IMG/VR virus record: IMGVR_UViG_3300010158_000027
Location: 217,270 to 281,269 of that record
Direction: 5' to 3' (one strand)
Length of the DNA: 64,000 bases
In this document: piece by piece, positions 10,171-19,924 of the stretch
Layout of the letters: the number at the start of each line of letters is the position of its first letter
Numbering within the stretch: position 1 is the stretch's first letter
Translations under genes and position numbers: made by a program
The notes under the pieces: generated by a model
Told to the model about the DNA's origin: nothing
What the model saw: the letters and a program-made list of their open reading frames with translations, nothing else
The model's database searches: none

Positions 10171-10527
10171 TTAATATAGGGACGTCTTTACACTGTCCCC
10201 CACTTTAATTCCTAGTGAATCACAGGTACCACCAACAACCTCCAACACTTGATCACCAACTCCAGCGTAGGATTCACATGACGATTCATCATGACATGGT
10301 GGACAGTCACTATGAATGGATGTAATGGTATCACCATTTATGAATATAATATCTAATGGAGTTATACAATCGTACATCCAAAAACTTTGATCACCATTGT
10401 TTGGTAACATAAAAAACATGCCGTTAAAATTCATATCGAAGGTTTTGTTTTGCATCCCTTCACGTATTGTTTTTGGTGTTGCACAAAGCCTACATTTGAA
10501 TGTGTTTTCATTTATAATAATATTCAT
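10171..10527 (-). CDS. DUF192 family protein
   Basis: GMFF...SFWM...PLDIIFI...VLEV.GG...GIKVGD signature. Confidence 0.85.
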   Translation of the reverse strand: MNIIINENTFKCRLCATPKTIREGMQNKTFDMNFNGMFFMLPNNGDQSFWMYDCITPLDIIFINGDTITSIHSDCPPCHDESSCESYAGVGDQVLEVVGGTCDSLGIKVGDSVKTSLY

Positions 10528-10771
10528 ATAATATAAATACCATTAAATCAGGTAATGGGTACTAAATTTAGGATATCTGATGGAAATATTGAAGTTTTTA
10601 TAAGAAACTTTGGCTTTTGGTGTTTTTAGACGTATTTATTATTACTTCCGTAAAATATTCATTTTTTTTATTTAAACGTTTGACAAAACAATTTAATAGC
10701 GTTAGATTTGTAAAACAATTAGGAAACGTCCTAATAAATAAATCGAATTATTAAATTTAAACGATTAAAAT

Positions 10772-10918
10772 ATGAGTGAAGAAATTGAAGTTGTTGAGAG
10801 CAAAATGTTCTACTACTACGGACCTAACGGAGAAAAACTTTACACACCTAACAGCGAGTTCGCCGCTGCTCAGGCTAGTAAATACGAGACTCACGATGTC
10901 TACGCAGAAAAAGCTTAA
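10772..10918 (+). CDS. small hypothetical protein (48 aa)
   Basis: MSEEIEVVESKMFYYYGPNGEKLYTPNSEFAAAQASKYETHDVYAEKA*, downstream of TAGATTTG promoter box. Confidence 0.6.
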   Translation: MSEEIEVVESKMFYYYGPNGEKLYTPNSEFAAAQASKYETHDVYAEKA

Positions 10919-10973
10919 AAATGTCCACAAGGACTTGTCTAATTGAAAAAAAAGACTTAACATTGTAAAACAA

Positions 10974-11890
10974 ATCGGAAACGTCCGATAACGTTCTTTG
11001 AAATTCTAAAACCGACCGAAACAGTCACCACAGTTAAAAAAAGTGAATATAACACCTCCCTTTCTTTAAACGTGAAACTAAATTAAGTCATTGGGCCGTG
11101 TATGGTCCATTAAAATAAACCACGAAAGTGGGATAAAGTGAATTTGCGAGTGTTAGTAGATTTGCGTCTTGGGAAACTGAGGTCGAGTACACAAGTGGGA
11201 TATCATCCGACCTTTAGTATTGAGGGCGACGCTTTAGGGAAAGTGGTTGGATGGAACGGCAATGTGGATTGTCAGTCTGAGGAGGGAACTCCAATAAGAA
11301 TAACCCATAGGTATCAAGCGAAAAATATAAATTCCAAATATATAATTGCGGATACCATTATAAAAGGGGACTTAAAACCGAAAGGTAAGATAAAGAACGA
11401 GTGGTGTCGCTATTATCCCTATCAAAGATCTACCAAGATCTTGATATGAAGTAATCTTAAAATATGGAAATGGGGACATTTCACGAGGTAGTCAGGTATT
11501 CTGTTTTTCAAAAGAAAATGGATCCTAAACGGACCGCTACTTTGATTCATCCACAACACACAACTTATTACTAAATTAAGTAAAATTAACTAAAAATAAG
11601 CAAAAGTGTTCGTTACGATATGACGGAAGTTACCCACCTATTCACTGGCTGTCAGTGGAACGTGATAACCGCAAGTTTGACCGTATTTTTATGAAAAATC
11701 TCTAGGACGTCGAAATCCGAATCAGGACGCAATCTTGATGAGACAGGAGTAGTAAGAGAGTAGTTGTATCGTCAAGGAGTGATTGGTCTAACCAATCGGT
11801 AATGAGTGTTACAGGACAAAATCCTGTGGATAAGAGTAGAATACATAATGACTCAAAAGACACTTAATAAAAACTATAATCTCAGGTTTT
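10974..11890 (+). ncRNA. large (~900 nt) structured non-coding RNA, GOLLD/ROOL-like context
   Basis: GC-elevated region lacking a credible ORF, many hairpins (CCACGAAAGTGG, ACCGAAAGGT, TTCACTGGCTGTCAGTGGAA, GATTGGTCTAACCAATC, ACAGGACAAAATCCTGT), promoter-like sequence upstream, tRNA immediately downstream; boundaries approximate. Confidence 0.55.
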
Positions 11891-11907
11891 TTTTAATATT
11901 CAAATAT

Positions 11908-11980
11908 AGCAGGGGGGAGGTAAGGTATTTCATTGGTCTCATAAGCCAACTCAAGCTGGTTCGATTCCGGTCCGATGCTA
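11908..11980 (+). tRNA. tRNA with CAT anticodon (Met or Ile2), imperfect acceptor stem
   Basis: Anticodon arm TTGGT-CTCATAA-GCCAA; T arm GCTGG-TTCGATT-CCGGT. Confidence 0.7.
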
Positions 11981-12095
11981 CAATATAATTAAACTCTACC
12001 CCAAAAAGGTGGGGTTTTTTCGTTTATAATCCTTACTTTTTCAATTAACTATATATTTATATTGGAAGATAAAAAAATTATAAACAAAAAGTATT

Positions 12096-12608
12096 ATGAA
12101 AAAAATAGTTAGACTAACAGAATCGGATTTAACTGATCTTATTAAAAGAATCGTTGAAGAGTCTGAAAACGATATGAAATCAACAGATGAAGATGGTGAT
12201 AATGAAATGTCCAAACAAGATGCGATAGATTTAATTGCCAAATTCCTTGATAAAAAAGTTTTACCAAAACTAGACGACGAGGAAATACGTGATTTGAAAC
12301 GAAAATCAGCACCAAAACGATCAAGAGGTATTCAAGAAGAAGAAATGGATTCTAAAAGTAGAATGTCAAACTTCAAAGAAAAAATGATGATTAGAGGTGG
12401 TTTAGGTACTGCGGCCGCTGGGGTAATCGCAACACTTAGCGAATTCACAGGTTGGTCTGAATCTGCGATGTTATCAAAAATACATTCATTTATTGAACAG
12501 GCAGGAGCTGGTAATTATGCTGGACCTATTTCAGTAGCTATGGTTGCTGCAGGATTGGCGTTAGCTCTTAAAGGTAAAGACGTACAATACAGAAGAACAA
12601 ACAAATAA
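12096..12608 (+). CDS. leader-bearing protein (MKKIVRLTESDL) with C-terminal hydrophobic helices
   Basis: Leader shared with 16503 and 17903; Gly/Ala-rich hydrophobic segments. Confidence 0.8.
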   Translation: MKKIVRLTESDLTDLIKRIVEESENDMKSTDEDGDNEMSKQDAIDLIAKFLDKKVLPKLDDEEIRDLKRKSAPKRSRGIQEEEMDSKSRMSNFKEKMMIRGGLGTAAAGVIATLSEFTGWSESAMLSKIHSFIEQAGAGNYAGPISVAMVAAGLALALKGKDVQYRRTNK

Positions 12609-12661
12609 TTAAAAAAAATCATATAAAAGAAATCCCCCCAATACAGGGGGATTTTTTGGTT

Positions 12662-12994
12662 TCATCTATTTTTTAAATAACCCTCCAAGATCACAATAAC
12701 CGCATCGATTTCATCCTTGTCCTCGTCACTAACTAAATTTGAATTTTTATTTAGGTACATGTATTTCCATAAAACGAAGTAGTGAAAAAGAAACACCAGG
12801 GACAATGTGAATAACGTCACATTAACGAATATTAAATACGGGATAAAAATTGAAAGAAATGATAAAATAAAATTATAATTTCTTGAATTAGAAAGTGATA
12901 AAAACTTATAAGTTAATATCGTTCTTCTCAATTTTAAAGTTGACACATTTTTATACAATTCAGCTTCTTTTTGGATTTTATCTCTGTCTACCAT
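12662..12994 (-). CDS. small membrane protein
   Basis: Two hydrophobic segments; convergent with 12096 across a hairpin terminator. Confidence 0.6.
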   Translation of the reverse strand: MVDRDKIQKEAELYKNVSTLKLRRTILTYKFLSLSNSRNYNFILSFLSIFIPYLIFVNVTLFTLSLVFLFHYFVLWKYMYLNKNSNLVSDEDKDEIDAVIVILEGYLKNR

Positions 12995-13127
12995 GTCTTA
13001 AATTTTTATAAAACAAATATATGAATAATTCACTAACCGGCAATTAATAAATGATATTTTTATAATATTCAAGTGAAATTAATTATTTATTTTTTTGTCA
13101 TTGAATTAAAAAGCGTATATTTGTTGT

Positions 13128-13538
13128 ATGAAAAACGGATATAAAGTAGGACGAGCAATATCGGATAACCACATTAAGTCGGTTAAAAAATTAATTAAAG
13201 ACAAAGTTTACGTCGTGGAATCGAACGGAAACCCTGAAGGTTGGATATTTGATTATTATATAAATAACTCGATAATCAAAATCACATCGATTAGAAAGTA
13301 TCGACACGCCAATGAAAGGTACCGAGACGACCTAAAATATGCATATGAAATTGACGTTATTATTGATATGACAAATGCTCGTCACAACTCTGATAGGTAT
13401 AGCGCTAGACGAATGGGTAGTATGTTGAGGGGTCCGTTATTACGAAGAATTGATGATGAGTTAAAATATTTCGGAATCGACGCATGTAGATATGCAACAA
13501 TTTCAAAAATTAATTTCCAAACGGGTAGTTTAATATAA
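13128..13538 (+). CDS. hypothetical protein
   Basis: ORF directly after TATATTTG box. Confidence 0.7.
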   Translation: MKNGYKVGRAISDNHIKSVKKLIKDKVYVVESNGNPEGWIFDYYINNSIIKITSIRKYRHANERYRDDLKYAYEIDVIIDMTNARHNSDRYSARRMGSMLRGPLLRRIDDELKYFGIDACRYATISKINFQTGSLI

Positions 13539-13570
13539 AAAAAAGTATTACATTTGTTTAAATCAAAGAT

Positions 13571-13837
13571 ATGGCGACACTAAAACACATAACGATTATT
13601 CATCCTAAATATGGGGAAATATTGAATGAGACATTCATCGATGAGGTACAATTCAAATTGTTTTTAAAAATGATACACTCGTCTATTGAGTTGAAACAAT
13701 CACTATCTACGTTCAACGGGAAGGACTTTTTGATTCACGTACCAACTGAAATCTTAAAAGAGTGTGTGGTTATAGGTGTAGCAAAAGAGGTGTCGATGGT
13801 TGATGTTATGGTTGCAAAATCTAAGTTGGAAGGGTAG
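13571..13837 (+). CDS. hypothetical protein
   Basis: ORF after TACATTTG box. Confidence 0.7.
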   Translation: MATLKHITIIHPKYGEILNETFIDEVQFKLFLKMIHSSIELKQSLSTFNGKDFLIHVPTEILKECVVIGVAKEVSMVDVMVAKSKLEG

Positions 13838-13900
13838 TTTCTTTGTTTCTCTTTAAAACAAAGTGGTGGTTGCTCGAATCACAATCCGTGATCGACCCTG

Positions 13901-13929
13901 AAAGGTGAGAGAAATCTCACCTTTTTTTT
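13901..13929 (+). terminator. intrinsic terminator
   Basis: AAAGGTGAGA-GAAA-TCTCACCTTT followed by T-run. Confidence 0.75.
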
Positions 13930-13950
13930 GTTTGTGTGATATTTATTATT

Positions 13951-14322
13951 ATGAATATTAATGAAATCATAAAAAAGGTATTGAAAGAAGAGTTTCTAAC
14001 GAATTCCTTAATATATGAGGATGAGTTTGGATCGGTCGAAGAGGTTAACATTCTAACTGAAGCGGAGTATCAAGGTAGAAATGTGAGTCTTGGTAAAGTC
14101 ATGCAGGGGGATATTAAAAAGTTTAAGGTTTATGTTAAAAACGATAAAGGAAAAGTCGTTAAGGTGAATTTTGGATTTGGTGGTAAATCTGCACATGGGA
14201 AACGAATGGTTATTAAAAAAAATAATCCTGAACGTAGAAAATCGTTTAGAGCGAGAATGAATTGTGACAGTCCAGGTCCCAGATGGAAACCTAGATATTG
14301 GAGCTGTCGGACTTGGAATTAA
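13951..14322 (+). CDS. basic phage protein with IIKKVLKEE leader
   Basis: KKFKVYVKN...VKVNFG...RKSFRARMNC...YWSC, a motif typical of large myophage proteins. Confidence 0.75.
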   Translation: MNINEIIKKVLKEEFLTNSLIYEDEFGSVEEVNILTEAEYQGRNVSLGKVMQGDIKKFKVYVKNDKGKVVKVNFGFGGKSAHGKRMVIKKNNPERRKSFRARMNCDSPGPRWKPRYWSCRTWN

Positions 14323-14333
14323 AATAAAAAATT

Positions 14334-14633
14334 ATGGGAAAAATTATAGTAACAGAAAAACAACTAGAACGGATGGTTAGAATTCTAAAAGAAAATGATC
14401 ATGATGGTTCTTATATGGCAAAACAACAATTGTTTACCATAGCCACATTGGCATATAAGATGTGGGAAATGATGGAAGAGGGTGAGGAACTTGAAGATTG
14501 GATGGAAACCAAAATCGCTCAAGCCGAACAATCAATAACCGCAGTTGTTAAGTCTCATATGTATGATGACATTGAAGATAGAGCAAAAGGTAGTGGTGGA
14601 ATCGATCTGGATGGATTGATTATTGGTAATTAA
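14334..14633 (+). CDS. hypothetical protein with KIIVTEKQ leader
   Basis: 99-aa ORF. Confidence 0.75.
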   Translation: MGKIIVTEKQLERMVRILKENDHDGSYMAKQQLFTIATLAYKMWEMMEEGEELEDWMETKIAQAEQSITAVVKSHMYDDIEDRAKGSGGIDLDGLIIGN

Positions 14634-14690
14634 CCACACAGTACTAAAATATTATCATTCCCCCCTTCTTTATTGACTGGGGGTTTTTTA

Positions 14691-16020
14691 TGTCACTCCA
14701 CCGAAAAACCCAACCATCTTTAGTGGTTGGGATGTAAGGTGTGAAATAATTTAATATTTTTTTAATAAAATTCTTCTTTTTGTTAAAACCAAGATATTTA
14801 TATAATATGAAGGTTATTAACAAATCATACAAAGTTAGAATTTACCCTAATAAAGAACAAAAAGTTCTTTTGGAAAAACATTTTGGTTGTATTAGATTCG
14901 TATATAATCATTTTTTAAATGTTAGAAATCTGGAATATAAAGAGAATAAAATCAATCTGAATTATGTTGTAACGGCAAATAAACTATCAGAAATGAAAAA
15001 TTTAGAAAATTTTAACTTTCTTAATGAGGTTAATTCACAATCATTACAATGGAGTTTAAAATATTTAGATAACTCATTTAGAAACTTCTTCAGAGGACAA
15101 ACAAAATTCCCTAATTTTAAGAAAAAATCAAATAACCAATCATTTAAAGTACCGGTTAATTCTACATTTAAAATAGAAAAAAATAAAATTATTATCCCTA
15201 AATTTAGAGAAGGTATCCATTTTAGAGGTAAATTAGAATTAAAAAATTTAATTAAATTTAATTCAATTAATATATCCAAAACCGCATCAGGTAAATATTA
15301 TGCTTCATTACAAGGGGAATTTAATTATACACCTAAAGTTCAAAATGATAATAAAGTAGGTATTGACTTAGGTTTAAAAAAGTTTTTAATAACCGATACT
15401 GGTGTTAAATTTGACAATCCTAAATTCCTTAAAAAACAATTAAAAAAATTAAAATACAAACAAAAACAATTAAGTAAAAAAAATAAAGGTTCTAATAATA
15501 GACAAAAACAAAGAATTTTAGTATCTTTAATTCATGAAAAAATAAGTAATAAAAGAAATGATTTTTTACATAAGTTAAGTCAAAAAATAGTTAATGAAAA
15601 TCAAATTATCTGTTTAGAAAACTTATCTGTTAAAAATATGATAAAAAACCATAAATTAGCTCAATCAATATCAGATGTTAGTTGGTCAAAATTTGTTGAT
15701 ATGTTAAAATATAAATCGGATTGGAATGATAGACAATTAGTTCAGATAGATAGGTTCTATCCTAGTTCTAAAAGTTGTTCCGCTTGTCATTATATAAACG
15801 AAGGATTAACATTAAAAGATGGAGAATGGACTTGTCCTTCTTGTAATACACATCACGATAGAGATGTAAATGCTGCTAAAAATATCCTTATACAAGGAAT
15901 AAACATATTGTCTGGTTCGGGAACCGAGTCGGACATTAAACAAAAACCTGTGGAGGCGTTGCGGTTACGCAAGTCTAAGAAACAGGAATCCCATTCATCT
16001 TTAGTGATTGGGTAGTTCAA
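14691..16020 (+). mobile_element. IS200/IS605-family element (tnpB only, IS1341-like)
   Basis: Related subterminal hairpins CCCAACCATCTTTAGTGGTTGGG (14709-14731) and CCCATTCATCTTTAGTGATTGGG (from 15990), right end TTCAA; no tnpA; left boundary approximate. Confidence 0.75.
14807..16015 (+). CDS. tnpB: RNA-guided endonuclease TnpB
   Basis: N-terminal KVRIYPNKEQ...FGCIRFVYN; RuvC GIDLG / LENL / DRDVNAA; CSAC-CPSC Zn ribbon. Confidence 0.93.
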   Translation: MKVINKSYKVRIYPNKEQKVLLEKHFGCIRFVYNHFLNVRNLEYKENKINLNYVVTANKLSEMKNLENFNFLNEVNSQSLQWSLKYLDNSFRNFFRGQTKFPNFKKKSNNQSFKVPVNSTFKIEKNKIIIPKFREGIHFRGKLELKNLIKFNSINISKTASGKYYASLQGEFNYTPKVQNDNKVGIDLGLKKFLITDTGVKFDNPKFLKKQLKKLKYKQKQLSKKNKGSNNRQKQRILVSLIHEKISNKRNDFLHKLSQKIVNENQIICLENLSVKNMIKNHKLAQSISDVSWSKFVDMLKYKSDWNDRQLVQIDRFYPSSKSCSACHYINEGLTLKDGEWTCPSCNTHHDRDVNAAKNILIQGINILSGSGTESDIKQKPVEALRLRKSKKQESHSSLVIG

Positions 16021-16134
16021 GAGGTAAAAAAGATTTAATAATATGGAAGACACATTAGAATTAATGCACAATGAGTTTATAAACTCAGATGAGTATTATG
16101 TATTTTTACAAAAATTAGACGAAGAACCAAAACT

Positions 16135-16452
16135 ATGAGTTTAGAAAAATCCTTTTCAGATTATATTGATAAGTTTTATCCACAGCTAAATGATTTAAAG
16201 TTGGGACACCTTTTTGATGGGGACACCACAACATTTTTTTTACAAGATAAAAGTAGAGTAAAATATTTTGTGTTTTTTTATTTTAATAATATTGGGTACG
16301 GCAGAGATTTGAATTGCCCAATGGGACTAGTAGATAATCTTGAAGGGTATTTTGATAATCAAACTGAAGGATTACTTCTTGATTGGTTCATTTCAAACTA
16401 TGAAATACCTTTAAGACGGTTAGTTCCAACAGAATTAGTGAAACGTGTATAA
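16135..16452 (+). CDS. hypothetical protein, possibly a distant relative of the array-bearing domain
   Basis: C-terminal LEGYF...LLDWFISNY pattern. Confidence 0.65.
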   Translation: MSLEKSFSDYIDKFYPQLNDLKLGHLFDGDTTTFFLQDKSRVKYFVFFYFNNIGYGRDLNCPMGLVDNLEGYFDNQTEGLLLDWFISNYEIPLRRLVPTELVKRV

Positions 16453-16502
16453 AAATATACGTTTTTTTTGTTTATTGGTATATTTATTAATAAAACGATA
16501 AT

Positions 16503-17282
16503 ATGAAAAAAATTATAAAACTTACAGAATCCGATTTAACACGTATTGTTAGACGAGTGATTAAAGAACGAGACGAACGTGACGAAGAGTGGGGACAAAC
16601 AGATAAAGGTGAAGAGAGACTACAGGATTTAATTGTTGCTGGTCGACGTTTCCTTATGTACACAGGAAATGTCGCTTCGACTTTAGATTTTGACACAGTT
16701 AACCAAATGAATGAATACGAAATAATGCGTCATGTACGTAAAAGAGGAAACGATAAGTTGGCGTCTCGTATTGAAAAGTTATTAAAACAAGAGGGGTTTG
16801 AAGATACTACTATGGGTGTTGACAAGACTTATCCGACTTTGACTTTACCTAAACATTTAGAAAACATGATCAATAATCTTGTTAGTGATAAAACCGAAGG
16901 GTTTAAAGTCAGTGAATATGATAATAAATCTATGTGGGATTTAGATTATATTATTGAGGATATTTTGGCTGCTATTGAAGAAAAAATAGGGATAACAAAG
17001 TTAAACGAATTGTCTGATGTGGTTCTTGATTATATTAACGATTTATTAGATAAATCTGACATTTATCACACAGATGGAGGTGAGTTAGAGGAGGGACACG
17101 ATGATTTTACCACTCGAAATAGATATGACGACTATAGTCAAAAAAATCATAGAAAACTCCCAAAAGGAGCTGTAAAACCAGGGAAATTTGATTTTGAAGG
17201 AACATCTTTAAAATTTAAAGGTAACGATGATGATGATTTCGATCCGTGGAGTTTGGATGATAGCGATGAGGAATACGTATAA
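16503..17282 (+). CDS. leader-bearing hypothetical protein (MKKIIKLTESDL)
   Basis: 259-aa ORF; TATTTAT motif upstream. Confidence 0.8.
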   Translation: MKKIIKLTESDLTRIVRRVIKERDERDEEWGQTDKGEERLQDLIVAGRRFLMYTGNVASTLDFDTVNQMNEYEIMRHVRKRGNDKLASRIEKLLKQEGFEDTTMGVDKTYPTLTLPKHLENMINNLVSDKTEGFKVSEYDNKSMWDLDYIIEDILAAIEEKIGITKLNELSDVVLDYINDLLDKSDIYHTDGGELEEGHDDFTTRNRYDDYSQKNHRKLPKGAVKPGKFDFEGTSLKFKGNDDDDFDPWSLDDSDEEYV

Positions 17283-17421
17283 TATGGATTGTTAGATGAG
17301 ATATTAAAGAAGAGTCGGAACACGTTAAAAATCTATATCGATCGTGGACTAATAAAAAAAGTGGAAATATGGTCGATGTTTTAAAATTACAAAAACAATT
17401 ATCAAAAAAATTTTATACATT

Positions 17422-17856
17422 ATGAAACACATTATTAAAAAAATATTAAAAGAGGAATCGTTTAAACAAAGTCTTAAACAAATGGTTAAAGAGTTTGGTT
17501 GGGAGACTACTGCAGAAATGGTTAACGGATCGGAAGAGTTGTCAAAATCCGGATTCAACAATGATCCAATGGAATTCCTACATATGTTTAATGATTTGGA
17601 TGTCGCTCAAAGTGAGATTAAACCAGATTGGTATTTAGTTAAACAAGAAAACGGAAAAAATTTAATGGCTTACAATAAAAAAAGGGGACTTCTTTACGTA
17701 GTTTATGAAAGTGTTTTGTCATTTTTAACAAAAGGGTTTAAACTTGAATACGATGAAATACTGGCACTTATAAAGAAATGGGCGGATAAGTCATACAATT
17801 TAAAGGGGTTAGAAACACATGGGGTTTACCAATATGCTATTGAGCAGTTGGGTTAA
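17422..17856 (+). CDS. array-bearing paralog family member 2
   Basis: Paralog of 1794, 59554, 60769. Confidence 0.85.
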   Translation: MKHIIKKILKEESFKQSLKQMVKEFGWETTAEMVNGSEELSKSGFNNDPMEFLHMFNDLDVAQSEIKPDWYLVKQENGKNLMAYNKKRGLLYVVYESVLSFLTKGFKLEYDEILALIKKWADKSYNLKGLETHGVYQYAIEQLG

Positions 17857-17882
17857 TCTTACAAAATTATAATTAATAATAA
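17781..17882 (+). CRISPR. CRISPR-like repeat-spacer-repeat unit in gene 3' end
   Basis: GGCGGATAAGTCATACAATTTAAAGGGGTTAGAAAC (17781-17816), 30-nt spacer, decayed repeat GTTGGGTTAATCTTACAA from 17847. Confidence 0.5.
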
Positions 17883-17902
17883 ATAAAATAAAAAGTAAAA
17901 TT

Positions 17903-18208
17903 ATGAAAAAGACAGTAAGACTAACAGAAAGCGATTTAACACGTATCGTTAAACGTGTTGTTATTGAACAAAACGAAGAGGATAGAATGGAAGGTGAAGG
18001 TATGTCCATCACAGTAGAAGATATATTTGAGGGGGTTAGAGATGCTCTTGACCAACTGGGAGGATATCGAGATTCGATGAAAACAGAAGCTATGAAATTG
18101 GCAAGAAATATTATGTCTAGTATGCAAGACGACTTGGCTTACGTTACTGAAAATTATGAGGAACAACTTTATGATATACTTGGTGAAGAAGAAGAAGATG
18201 AGTATTAA
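17903..18208 (+). CDS. leader-bearing acidic protein (MKKTVRLTESDL)
   Basis: 101-aa ORF. Confidence 0.8.
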   Translation: MKKTVRLTESDLTRIVKRVVIEQNEEDRMEGEGMSITVEDIFEGVRDALDQLGGYRDSMKTEAMKLARNIMSSMQDDLAYVTENYEEQLYDILGEEEEDEY

Positions 18209-18349
18209 ATAACTTAACACATAAAAACTTTAAAACCCCCACTTTCTAATACAGGTGGGGTTTTTTATTTTTAAAAAAGATTAAAAAAGGTTTGGCAAAT
18301 CAAAGATGAATACATATCTTTGTAAGACACATAAATAAAACGACATATT

Positions 18350-18676
18350 ATGAACAAAGTAGAGATGTTTGAAAACGTACACCAAGAGTTTAAAAAAAGA
18401 GGTTTCGTTACTGATCCAAGAGGTGAGGCGTACGGAAGATGTTTATACAACCCTGAAACAAATGTTTCTATCCATGTTGGAAGTATCGGTAAATCTTCAG
18501 CGGGTATCTCAGTGTTTGATATGTCAAATAACGGTATGAACTGGGGCGAAGCATACAAAAAACTAAAAAATGGTGTAATGGTTAGGTTTAACTTCAATAC
18601 CAAAACTTTTGATAAATTTTATAATACAACATACCAAAATAGAGTAAAAAAATTGAACGTGGCGTTGGTAGATTAA
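18350..18676 (+). CDS. hypothetical protein
   Basis: ORF after TATCTTTG box. Confidence 0.7.
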   Translation: MNKVEMFENVHQEFKKRGFVTDPRGEAYGRCLYNPETNVSIHVGSIGKSSAGISVFDMSNNGMNWGEAYKKLKNGVMVRFNFNTKTFDKFYNTTYQNRVKKLNVALVD

Positions 18677-18893
18677 AAATAAAAACATATCTTTGTAAGA
18701 CAAACAACGGGGGTGGGAAAGTTAGAGATGAGTGTCCTACTCCCGTGATAAGAAAAGAAGTTAATTGAAATAAAAATATGTGGTAGTAAAAAACGGGAAA
18801 CTCGTAAAGTGTATCAACCTGTTAACACAAGATAGTGAAACGAGAGTGTGTGTTAACTACTAAACTACAAAAAATAAATTAAAAATAACCATT

Positions 18894-19166
18894 ATGAAAA
18901 AATTTGAAGATTTAGAGTTTAAAAAAATTGAAGATTCTCCGTATCAAACTGGGGTAACGTCTCGAATGGTGTTCGAAAATGGGTATGGTGTATCTGTTGT
19001 TTCTCATACATATTCGTATGGAGGTAAGGATGGTTTATTTGAGGTTGCCGTTTTGGGTAAAGATGGTGATTTAACTTATGATACTCCAGTGACAAATGAT
19101 GTTATTGGGTATTTGGAACCTGAGGGTGTTGCAGAAATTATGGAACAAGTTCAAGGGTTAAAATAA
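18894..19166 (+). CDS. conserved phage hypothetical protein
   Basis: FENGYGVSVV...SYGG..GLFEVAVL...YDTP.TNDVIGYL pattern common in phages. Confidence 0.8.
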   Translation: MKKFEDLEFKKIEDSPYQTGVTSRMVFENGYGVSVVSHTYSYGGKDGLFEVAVLGKDGDLTYDTPVTNDVIGYLEPEGVAEIMEQVQGLK

Positions 19167-19172
19167 TATAAT

Positions 19173-19277
19173 AGTCAGGTGGCGGAATTGGTAGACGCTA
19201 AATTAATGAGTGGATAGCGTGCCATTGGGGAAGAACCAAGAAAGTTACGCGTGTTGGTTCGAGACCAGCCCTGGCCA
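19173..19277 (+). ncRNA. tRNA-Leu-like scaffold 1 without canonical anticodon arm
   Basis: AGTCAGG-TGGCGGAATTGGTAGACGC ... GTTGG-TTCGAGA-CCAGC-CCTGGCC-A. Confidence 0.6.
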
Positions 19278-19410
19278 CTAAATTAACTGAGGAGCTGAAC
19301 AAAAAGTAGGCAATAAGGAAAGTGAAAATAGGTACGAATGTTTCACTGTGGTAAATGGGACCGTAACTCAAGCGTAAATAGGTTACGATCGGTAGGTTAA
19401 TTTTTTAAAT

Positions 19411-19560
19411 TGTCAGGTGGTGGAATTGGCAGACACAAATTGACGGTTATGGTACATACCGCTATCAAGAGAGCCGAATGTCCGTAAACACTCTATGACT
19501 TCGGAAGGTGGATAGAAACGTTCAAATAGTATCTTGTAGGTTCGATTCCTACTCTGACTA
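19411..19560 (+). ncRNA. tRNA-Leu-like scaffold 2 with ~95-nt insert
   Basis: TGTCAGG-TGGTGGAATTGGCAGACAC ... GTAGG-TTCGATT-CCTAC-TCTGACT-A. Confidence 0.6.
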
Positions 19561-19630
19561 CAAAGGAAGTATATGAGAGTCCTGAATGTACACAAAAGAT
19601 CCCTATTGACAGCTGGAAAGACAGCAACAT

Positions 19631-19750
19631 GGTCAGGTGGCGAAAACTGTTGGCGTCAGAGTATAAAACAAAGGGCAGAGCACAAAACACTGAACATGGG
19701 AGAGGCTGAGGAACTTCCATTACTTGCAGGTTCGAATCCTGTCCTGACTA
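19631..19750 (+). ncRNA. tRNA-like scaffold 3
   Basis: GGTCAGG-TGGCGAAAA ... GCAGG-TTCGAAT-CCTGT-CCTGACT-A. Confidence 0.55.
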
Positions 19751-19772
19751 CAAAAAATTAAAACAAATAAAT

Positions 19773-19919
19773 ATGGAAGACACAAAACATGCATGCGAAT
19801 GTGGTTCAACATCAGAAGACTTACATACATGTCCATTTGCAGAAGATATCAACGGCGATTATGAATCATTATGTAATTGCTGTTCTGAATGTACGCGTGA
19901 ATGTATGATGGACATTTAA
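19773..19919 (+). CDS. small Cys-rich protein (48 aa)
   Basis: MEDTKHACECGS...HTCPF...LCNCCSECTRECMMDI*. Confidence 0.65.
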   Translation: MEDTKHACECGSTSEDLHTCPFAEDINGDYESLCNCCSECTRECMMDI

Positions 19920-19924
19920 CATAT

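Noticed and set aside
11138-11988. ORFs 11138-11449 and 11806-11988
   Set aside because: Non-ATG starts, atypical composition, and overlap with the structured RNA and tRNA; likely spurious.
19413-19761. ORFs overlapping the tRNA-like cluster
   Set aside because: They are translations of tRNA-like arms (e.g. AGSNPVLTT from the T arm).
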